Origin: Ignicoccus hospitalis KIN4/I
Lineage (GTDB): Archaea; Thermoproteota; Thermoprotei_A; Sulfolobales; Ignicoccaceae
Reading direction: 5' to 3'
DNA: 32,000 bases
NCBI RefSeq assembly: GCF_000017945.1
Contig: NC_009776.1
Coordinates: 60,001-92,000 of the forward strand
Both the position numbers and the translations under genes were made by a program. Positions 25,841-32,000 of the stretch are shown in pieces (the stretch's first letter is position 1; each line of letters begins with the position of its first letter). Below the pieces are notes generated by a model, which searched no databases, had not been told where the DNA came from, and worked only from the letters and a program-made list of their open reading frames with translations.

Positions 25841-26532
25841 GCCCCCACGGACCTCCCCCCTTCAAGGACCTCGAAGTGACCAACGTCCCGGCGCTAGAGC
25901 TGGTGGACGTCGCGGACGCCTCCCAAATCAAGGAAGCCATAAAGGAGGGGGAGGCAGTAGTCTTCACTTCCAAGACCGGCGTGAGGTTGGTGTTCGAAAA
26001 GCTCGGGGACGAGGCCCTCGAGTTGCTCAAGGGGAAGGACGTGGTGGCAATAGGGCCCAAGACGGCGGCCGAGCTCGAGGCGAGGGGCTTGAGCCCCATA
26101 GTGCCGGAGGAGTACCACTCCGGCGCGCTGGCAAAGCTCTTGAAGCGTTACAACAAGGTAGTGGCCCTGAGGTCCGACAAGGCGTCAAAGACTTTGAAGG
26201 ATGAGTTAGGAGACAAGCTCATCGAGGTGGTTATTTATAAAACCTTGAGGAGGCCCTCTCCAAAGATAGTGGAGGCGGCTAGGGAGGCCGACGCAGTTGC
26301 CGTGAGCAGCGCCGAGGTCGCCCGGGCCTTAATAGAGTCCTTTCAGAAGTACTCTAGTATTGACGAACTTAAGAAGTTGAAAATAGCCGTAATAGGGCCC
26401 GAGGCAGCAAAGCCGTTGAAGGAGTTGGGCTTGAACTTCGTGGTCGCCCCGGAAGCCACTTTTGAAGGGTTGGAGGAGGCAGTTAAGAGAATAATACGGG
26501 GAGGACCGGGAGAAAGCCCCGAGGAGCGCTAA
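25828..26532 (+). CDS. hemD: Uroporphyrinogen-III synthase
   Basis: AVVFTSKTGVRLVFEKL, VVAIGPKTAAELEARG, VVIYKTLRRP, AVAVSSAEVARAL; GTG at 25828 overlaps the SUMT stop and is preferred over the track start at 25789. Confidence 0.82.
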   Translation: MLTLSPHGPPPFKDLEVTNVPALELVDVADASQIKEAIKEGEAVVFTSKTGVRLVFEKLGDEALELLKGKDVVAIGPKTAAELEARGLSPIVPEEYHSGALAKLLKRYNKVVALRSDKASKTLKDELGDKLIEVVIYKTLRRPSPKIVEAAREADAVAVSSAEVARALIESFQKYSSIDELKKLKIAVIGPEAAKPLKELGLNFVVAPEATFEGLEEAVKRIIRGGPGESPEER

Positions 26533-26552
26533 CGAAAAACGGGGAACGCCGG

Positions 26553-26711
26553 GTGAGGGTGAAGTCCTTCGAGGGCTTCCCGGTGGAGGCGGAAGGGGTC
26601 GAGGACCCCGAGATGGTGGCGGCAGTGTTGGGGGAAATAGGAGAGTTGATGAAGAAGCTGAACATTAAGGTAGTAAAGCTCGACGGCGAGATGGTAGTTG
26701 GTGAGGGCTAG
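26553..26711 (+). CDS. Small hypothetical protein (52 aa)
   Basis: GTG AGG GTG AAG... VRVKSFEGFPVEAEGVEDPEMVAAVLGEIGELMKKLNIKVVKLDGEMVVGEG*; just downstream of hemD, amphipathic helix pattern. Confidence 0.45.
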   Translation: MRVKSFEGFPVEAEGVEDPEMVAAVLGEIGELMKKLNIKVVKLDGEMVVGEG

Positions 26712-27322
26712 CCGTGCCTTTTGATTAAATTTAGGTACTCCTCTATCGTTTTGACGAACGTCAGGGGGTCGATACAGCTGACCCCTAGCTTCGACGCCAG
26801 CTTGCATAAGCCTTCGTCGTTCGTAACTAGGACCGCCCCGAGCTCTAGGGCCAGTATCGCCGCTTCTAAGTCGGCCACGGAGTCCAATAGTCCCTTACGC
26901 GTGGCCTCGCGGTACTTCTCCCTCAAGTTGCGGATGTGTTCGCCTATCTCCCCGCCTTCCATGGCCCTTCGAGTGCTCTCCTCTGCCACCCTGAGGCCCT
27001 TGTCCAACCTCCTCTTCACCTCTGCGACGTACTCCAAGAAGACCCTCGCCGGTATCTTGGCCTCCGTCTGACTTACGTCCTTTACAAGTATCCAAACTCC
27101 GAGCTTACTTATTATTTCCGACGGACACATAGATCTCTCCAAGAACCCTTTAATTTCTTTCATCACGCTTGGAGTGGTGTAGAACGAAAAGCCCAACTTG
27201 AGTTTGGCCAACGCCATCAATTCCAGATACTTTTCGACGACCTCCCACAACTCGTTGACGCCGAACAGCTGTCTCAGTCTGGGGTCGGTAACCGCGCTGG
27301 TGTCTATCACGAATTTTATCAA
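26708..27322 (-). CDS. HARP-family RNA-free RNase P / 'RNA ligase partner' PIN-domain protein
   Basis: 204 aa; MIKFVIDTSAVTDPRLRQLFGV, FYTTPSVMKEIKGFLER, KGLLDSVADLEAAILALELGAVLVTNDEGLCKLASKLGVSCIDP, typical of the UPF0278 PIN family. Confidence 0.87.
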   Translation of the reverse strand: MIKFVIDTSAVTDPRLRQLFGVNELWEVVEKYLELMALAKLKLGFSFYTTPSVMKEIKGFLERSMCPSEIISKLGVWILVKDVSQTEAKIPARVFLEYVAEVKRRLDKGLRVAEESTRRAMEGGEIGEHIRNLREKYREATRKGLLDSVADLEAAILALELGAVLVTNDEGLCKLASKLGVSCIDPLTFVKTIEEYLNLIKRHG

Positions 27323-27387
27323 GAGTCTTGCCCGTCGCGAGGCGTACGTGAGAAGCTATTTAGTTGGGCCTCCCCCCAGCGCCCGGC

Positions 27388-27462
27388 CCCCGTAGCTCAG
27401 CCAGGAAGAGCGCGGGCCTTCGGAGCCCGTGGTCGCGGGTTCAAATCCCGCCGGGGGCGCCA
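27388..27462 (+). tRNA. tRNA-Arg (anticodon TCG), encoded CCA
   Basis: GCCCCCG-TA-GCTC...GAGC-G-CGGGC-CTTCGGA-GCCCG-TGGTC-GCGGG-TTCAAAT-CCCGC-CGGGGGC-G-CCA. Confidence 0.97.
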
Positions 27463-27470
27463 CTCGAAAG

Positions 27471-28118
27471 CTATATCTCTACTAAGAACTTCCCGAGCAG
27501 CGTGCTCACCAAAGCGAAGGTTATCGATGACATCAAGAAGGGCGCGTTCGGCGACCCCCTGAGGGCGTCCACAGCTTGCGGGAGGGTTGAGAACAAGAAG
27601 GGGGCGGAGAGGGCGGCCAACGCTACGGAAGAGAGCAAGGTACCCGCGTCTGTGTATATTATCATAAACGATACCAGAGCCCCCAAGGAGGCCATGTACA
27701 AGCTTAAGCTGAGTAAGTATACCAGGTAGCCTTGAGTCAAGAAGACCTCTGAGGAGAAGAAACTGGTTAGTATAGTAAAGACGAGGTTGAAGGGGAGTAA
27801 AAACAAGAAGAGGGAAGTTATCTTGGAGGCCACCGTCAACTCGGGGGGAACTGGCGCCAGCTTTAACGCGTATATAGTTCCCCTTTCGGCCTCCCTCAAC
27901 ACTAATACGAAGCCCAAAACTGTAGTTATTATCAAGCTGACCGCTTGTTGGGCTATTACCACCAAAAAGGGAGCGTCGTAGGGGCGGACCGAGCCGGGAC
28001 CGGAGATGGCGTAGGACGTTGGCAACGCTAAGGCCGCAGTTAAGGAAAGGAGGGCCACGAGTTCGTGTTTCTTCCTCATCTCCTCTTTAATGTCCTTTAC
28101 GACCAGTGTGGTGAACAA
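27471..28118 (-). CDS. Probable CcmB-like heme/ABC export membrane subunit
   Basis: 215 aa, several TM helices; LREAERGTIYALKLAPVPPELTVASKI resembles the CcmB cytosolic loop; directly downstream of ccmE. Confidence 0.6.
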   Translation of the reverse strand: MFTTLVVKDIKEEMRKKHELVALLSLTAALALPTSYAISGPGSVRPYDAPFLVVIAQQAVSLIITTVLGFVLVLREAERGTIYALKLAPVPPELTVASKITSLFLFLLPFNLVFTILTSFFSSEVFLTQGYLVYLLSLSLYMASLGALVSFMIIYTDAGTLLSSVALAALSAPFLFSTLPQAVDALRGSPNAPFLMSSITFALVSTLLGKFLVEI

Positions 28119-28149
28119 ATTTGACCCCTACAAAAAACTGGGGAGACGT

Positions 28150-28554
28150 TTAGGAGTTAACCGCGGGCTGCTCGTAGGCGCTGTGACATCCCTTCAATAT
28201 TTCCTCTACATGCAATACTTTGCCGTCCCAGTAGCCCTTGACGACCATCTCGCCGTTGGTTATGATAACTTGGCTCAGGGGACCGTACTTCTTCTCTATG
28301 TAGCTCACGGGAACGTCGGCCTCTATCGTGCTGCCGTCCTTGCCCTTAAGGTATAACACTAGGAGCTGCCTGTCCGGAGTCACGGTCCACTTCACGACGT
28401 CGCCCCTTACCAAGTAAGTGCCCGGCCTCGACTTCACCAAGTCGGACACGTCCGTGTAAGAGCTGCTGGCTCCTGCGTAGAAGCCTACGACGGCGAAAAG
28501 CGCTAATAGAGAGACGGACATTAGCAAGTACCTTACGTTAGGTTTAGTCTTCAA
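28150..28554 (-). CDS. ccmE: Cytochrome c maturation protein CcmE, Cys-type (CxxxY)
   Basis: 134 aa; one N-terminal TM, OB-fold GTYLVRGDVVKWTV...VSYIEKKYGPLSQVIITNGEMVVKGYWDGKVLHVEEILKGCHSAYE. Confidence 0.82.
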   Translation of the reverse strand: MKTKPNVRYLLMSVSLLALFAVVGFYAGASSSYTDVSDLVKSRPGTYLVRGDVVKWTVTPDRQLLVLYLKGKDGSTIEADVPVSYIEKKYGPLSQVIITNGEMVVKGYWDGKVLHVEEILKGCHSAYEQPAVNS

Positions 28555-28602
28555 CGCTTAGGCCCGCGTGCGCTTCGGAAGCAGCCTTAATGGGTTTGTC
28601 TC

Positions 28603-28929
28603 TTACGGGATGCTCTTGGGCACGACGCCTACTTCCTCTTCTACTTCTTTGTACCCTTTGGCGATCATCTCCTTAAGCTCTTCGTCGTACTCCAGCAACA
28701 TCGCGAGGAACTCGCCTACGTGTTCCTTTTCCTCACGCGCTACGTTGAGGAAAACTTTCTTTACGCGTTCGTCTTCGATAGCTTCCGCCAGTTGTTCGTA
28801 GAAGTTTATCGCGTCTAGCTCGGCTATGATTCCCCAGCGAAGGGCTTGGGCCACTTCTACCTTCTTAAACTTTCTATCTTTAGGGATCTTGAGGGGGTTT
28901 TCGCCTAACATAGGATTCGCCGAAATCAT
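28603..28929 (-). CDS. Ferritin-like/rubrerythrin-type protein resembling the encapsulin-associated ferritin-like domain
   Basis: 108 aa; ALRWGIIAELDAINFYEQLAEAIEDERVKKVFLNVAREEKEHVGEFLAMLLEYDEELKEMIAKGYKEVEEEVG with ExxxxxxxE and EExxH ligand pattern. Confidence 0.88.
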   Translation of the reverse strand: MISANPMLGENPLKIPKDRKFKKVEVAQALRWGIIAELDAINFYEQLAEAIEDERVKKVFLNVAREEKEHVGEFLAMLLEYDEELKEMIAKGYKEVEEEVGVVPKSIP

Positions 28930-29011
28930 GAATTAGTTCTCGGAGTTTAAAGTGGATAGGTAAAAAGCGTACTTAGTTCTGGTCCAACGGAAACGCCTTG
29001 AGCGATGAGGA

Positions 29012-29369
29012 CTTTTCATCCTCTTTTGAGACTCCACAGGTACCACCCGGTCGATCGATGAGAGGAGGCGTGGCAGCCTTTCTATCCTCTCTTGAGACTC
29101 CACGCTGTACCAATACTGGGGCGCGTTGTGTGTGCCACACGAACCCTTTCTATCCTCTCTTGAGACTCCACTCTGCACCTCCCTCACGTCCTCGTAGACG
29201 TGGTCGACTTTCTATCCTCTCTTGAGACTCCACAAAAAGGTATTCGCGATGAGCGTGGGAGCCGAGATCATCTTTCTATCCTCTCTTGAGACTCCACGGT
29301 TCTACAAGCGAGAGACTCACCTGGTACTACATTACCTTGTTAGCTTTCTATCCTCTCTTGAGACTCCAC
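29012..29369 (-). CRISPR. CRISPR array: 6 repeats of 26 nt, 5 spacers (36-46 nt)
   Basis: Reverse-strand repeat GTGGAGTCTCAAGAGAGGATAGAAAG. Copies at 29344-29369, 29272-29297, 29208-29233, 29146-29171, 29078-29103 (identical) and 29012-29037 (3 mismatches). Spacers 29298-29343 (46), 29234-29271 (38), 29172-29207 (36), 29104-29145 (42), 29038-29077 (40). Confidence 0.97.
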
Positions 29370-29480
29370 CGAGCCCTTCCATATAAAGCCCCAAGGTCTT
29401 TCCCTTAAAAGAATTGCGTTCTACCGAGAGTTTACAATTCCCCAAGCTTTTCCCTTTATTCGAGAAAAATTTCCTCTCCC
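29370..29480 (-). promoter_or_regulatory. Probable CRISPR leader/promoter region
   Basis: AT-richer non-coding stretch on the side away from the degenerate repeat; reverse strand has CTTTATATG (29381-29389) and TTCTTTTAAGGG. Confidence 0.55.
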
Positions 29481-29663
29481 CTTCCCTTCATGATCTTCAG
29501 CGTTCCCATGAAAAGATATAAGGGGGTCTGAGAGAGTGAATAGTAATGGTGCGCTCTCGAACATAGGATGTTCCCATGTGAGTGAAGGTGAAAGAGGCAA
29601 TGATTAAATACAAAAGTTTGGCGATTTGTAATGCTGAGAGGCTAAGGGGCCAGCATGGTGGCG

Positions 29664-29677
29664 AAAAACTTATATAG
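29664..29677 (+). promoter_or_regulatory. Strong BRE/TATA promoter for the thermosome gene
   Basis: CGAAAAACTTATATAG about 30-35 nt upstream of GTG 29705 / ATG 29714. Confidence 0.65.
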
Positions 29678-29704
29678 AACCGGTTCCACCACACCCCACG
29701 GTGG

Positions 29705-31390
29705 GTGAGCGCGATGGCGGCCGGTGTACCGGTTCTGATACTCAAGGAGGGCGCCACCAGGACCTACGGCAGGGAGGCTCTGAGGAGCAACATACTAGCC
29801 GCTAGGATAATTGCCGAAGCGTTGAAGACCAGCTTGGGTCCCAGAGGAATGGACAAGATGATAGTTGACGCCTTCGGAGACATCACTGTAACCAACGACG
29901 GTGTAACCATACTCAAGGAGATGGACGTCCAGCACCCTGCCGCCAAGTTGATCGTGGAGACCGCCAAGGCTCAAGATGCGGAGGTGGGCGACGGCACTAC
30001 CAGCGTCGTCGTCTTGGCCGGCAGCTTGCTGGAAAAGGCCGAGCCCCTGCTCGACCAGAACATCCACCCCAGCATAATAATCGAAGGATACAAGAAGGCG
30101 ATGGAGAAGGCTCTAGAGGAGCTCAGCAACATAGCCGTTAAGATAAACCCCAAGGACAAGGAGTATATGAGGAAGCTAGTATACACCACCCTCAGCAGCA
30201 AGTTCGTCGGCCAGGAGGCCGAGGAGATAAGGAACAAGCTGCTAGACATGATAATCGAGGCCGCCTACACCGTGGCCGTCGAGCAGCCTGACGGCACTCT
30301 GAGGATGAGCCTCGACGACATAAAGATAGAAAAGAAGAAGGGCGGAAGCTTGCTCGACAGCCAGCTGGTAAAGGGCATAGTGCTGGACAAGGAAGTGGTC
30401 CACCCGGGCATGCCGAAGAGGGTGGAGAACGCGAAGATACTGGTCCTCGACGCCCCGCTGGAGGTCGAGAAGCCCGACATAACTGCCAAGATAAACATAA
30501 CTGACCCCAGGCAGATAGAGGCGTTCTTGGAGGAGCAGACCAAGATACTCAAGGAGATGGTAGACAAGATCGCCGAGACCGGCGCCAACGTAGTGATAAC
30601 TCAGAAGGGCATCGACGACGTCGCCGCTCACTTCTTGGCGAAGAAGGGCATAATGGCCGTTAGGAGGGTGAAGAGGAGCGACATAGAGAAGGTGGCCAAG
30701 GCTACCGGAGCCAAGGTGGTGACCAGCATAAAGGACGTGAGCCCCGAGGTGTTGGGCGAGGCCAAGCTAGTGGAGGAGAGGAGGGTAGGCAAGGACAAGA
30801 TGGTCTTCATCGAGGGCGCCAAGAACCCGAGGGCGGTCACCATACTGCTGAGGGGTGCCAGCGACATGGCGCTGGACGAGGCTGAGAGGAACATAACCGA
30901 CGCTCTCCACGTGCTGAGGAACATATTCATGAAGCCCATGATAGTGGGCGGCGGAGGGGCGGTGGAGGTAGAGCTCGCCGAGCGCTTGAGGAAGTTCGCT
31001 TCCACCGTGGGCGGCAAGGAGCAGCTGGCGATAGAGGCTTACGCCGAGGCACTCGAAGAGATACCGGTAGTGTTGGCCGACACCGCGGGTATGGACACCC
31101 TCGAAGCGCTCATGGAACTGAGGAAGCTCCACAGGGAAGGCAAGATCTGGGCTGGCGTCAACGTAGTCGAGGGCAAGATAGAGGAGGACATGACCAAGCT
31201 CGGAGTAGTGGAGCCGGTGAGGGTGAGGGAGCAAGTGCTCAAGAGCGCCACCGAGGCAGCTAACGCCTTGCTGAAGATCGACGACGTGATTGCGGCCGCC
31301 CCGCCGAAGGAGGGCAAGAAGGGCAAGAAGGAAGAGGGCGGAGAGGAGGAAGAGGAAGGCGGCTCCAGCAAGTTCGGAAGCGAGTTCTAA
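29705..31390 (+). CDS. ths: Thermosome subunit (group II chaperonin)
   Basis: 561 aa; [70 protein letters not shown]-terminal [10 protein letters not shown]. Confidence 0.98.
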   Translation: MSAMAAGVPVLILKEGATRTYGREALRSNILAARIIAEALKTSLGPRGMDKMIVDAFGDITVTNDGVTILKEMDVQHPAAKLIVETAKAQDAEVGDGTTSVVVLAGSLLEKAEPLLDQNIHPSIIIEGYKKAMEKALEELSNIAVKINPKDKEYMRKLVYTTLSSKFVGQEAEEIRNKLLDMIIEAAYTVAVEQPDGTLRMSLDDIKIEKKKGGSLLDSQLVKGIVLDKEVVHPGMPKRVENAKILVLDAPLEVEKPDITAKINITDPRQIEAFLEEQTKILKEMVDKIAETGANVVITQKGIDDVAAHFLAKKGIMAVRRVKRSDIEKVAKATGAKVVTSIKDVSPEVLGEAKLVEERRVGKDKMVFIEGAKNPRAVTILLRGASDMALDEAERNITDALHVLRNIFMKPMIVGGGGAVEVELAERLRKFASTVGGKEQLAIEAYAEALEEIPVVLADTAGMDTLEALMELRKLHREGKIWAGVNVVEGKIEEDMTKLGVVEPVRVREQVLKSATEAANALLKIDDVIAAAPPKEGKKGKKEEGGEEEEEGGSSKFGSEF

Positions 31391-31405
31391 GGCCTTTTTT
31401 AGTTT
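31391..31405 (+). terminator. Poly-T terminator after the thermosome gene
   Basis: GGCCTTTTTTAGTTT immediately after the TAA. Confidence 0.4.
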
Positions 31406-31437
31406 CTCGCTCTCCCGCGCCCCGGAGCTCGAACTTG

Positions 31438-32000
31438 ATGAAGTGGAGAGAAGAGTGCGTCCGGTGCCTGCTCGACGCCCGCATTTACGATTCCTTTAAG
31501 GGCGGCGCCACCGACAAGGAGCTCCAGTTCATCCTGAGTGCCACGGTAGGTTCCATGCAACTCCCGAAGAGTAAGGCCTTCCGCTTCTCGTGGAAGGCCT
31601 TAAAGTCCGTCGTAGGTAACGTGTATGCTCTAGAAAAGAAGAGGCTCCTCGAAGAAACGCTCTCAAGGGAGCTCAAGGTACCTCAAACGTTCGAGGAGGC
31701 CCTCCGCATGGCGACGTTGGGCAACTTGTACGACACCGCGGTAGGCGGGGAGTACAGGCTAGGGAAGGTGAAGTACGGGACCTTGGTGACGGAGGGCGCG
31801 GAAGTGCTCCTCAACCCGGCCGGCACCTTGGTATACGCGGTGGACAACCTCCCGGAGCTGCCTTACGACATAATGGTTGCCAAGTACTTCAAGTACATGG
31901 GGTGGGACGTAATACTGGTGGCCCGGGAAGAAGATTACGAGATAGACGCCACCTACCCCGAGCTGGCGGAGGTGGCCCAGCTTCTGGGCTGGGACGGCAA
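31438..32000 (+). CDS. DUF89/ARMT1-like protein (partial at window edge)
   Basis: ATG 31438: MKWREECVRCLLDARIYDSFKGG..., EVLLNPAGTLVYAVDNLPELPYDIMVAKYFKYMGWDVILVAR; ECxxCL start and DNxxE motif fit the archaeal DUF89 layout; open to the right edge. Confidence 0.6.
   Translation, partial: MKWREECVRCLLDARIYDSFKGGATDKELQFILSATVGSMQLPKSKAFRFSWKALKSVVGNVYALEKKRLLEETLSRELKVPQTFEEALRMATLGNLYDTAVGGEYRLGKVKYGTLVTEGAEVLLNPAGTLVYAVDNLPELPYDIMVAKYFKYMGWDVILVAREEDYEIDATYPELAEVAQLLGWDG

Noticed and set aside
26883-27095. Antisense ORFs to the HARP gene
   Set aside because: Opposite a well-supported PIN-domain CDS; biased composition.
28933-29225. Small ORFs across the CRISPR array (28933-29187 -, 28998-29225 +)
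   Set aside because: They translate the repeats (e.g. LSSLETP) and are artefacts of the array.
29497-29757. 86-aa minus-strand ORF overlapping the thermosome promoter and start
   Set aside because: Overlaps a strong promoter and the conserved thermosome N-terminus; unlikely to be real.
28603-32000. Encapsulin shell gene beside the ferritin-like gene
   Set aside because: Neighbours are ccmE, the CRISPR array and a thermosome; none resembles an HK97-fold shell.

Overview
This window looks like a crenarchaeal chromosome segment. Gene content, GC-rich coding and many TTG/GTG starts fit Ignicoccus/Desulfurococcales; that assignment is inference. It holds informational and metabolic genes: family B DNA polymerase (partial), S10, a NOL1/NOP2/Sun rRNA methyltransferase, Nop5/56, GatE, primase large subunit, Rpo7-Spt4-dephospho-CoA kinase, succinyl-CoA ligase, prefoldin alpha, SUMT-HemD, a HARP-type RNase P, CcmE/CcmB-like, and a thermosome. 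Two tRNAs (Ser-GGA, Arg-TCG) and a six-repeat CRISPR array without cas genes are also present. The observations most worth a second look are: (1) an unannotated double-guide C/D box sRNA just downstream of tRNA-Ser, whose two 12-nt guides match conserved 16S rRNA segments; (2) a 1393-aa orphan P-loop/winged-helix/coiled-coil protein; (3) a GC-rich structured element directly upstream of it; (4) a standalone ferritin-like protein resembling the domain fused to archaeal encapsulins; (5) a degenerate KaiC/ArlH-like protein without a Walker A motif; (6) a PPP-family phosphatase with GDLFG instead of GDxHG; (7) a polytopic membrane gene broken by a frameshift; (8) 3' overlaps at all five convergent protein-gene pairs, three of them sharing interlocked stop codons. 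All family assignments come from reading protein motifs, with no database search.
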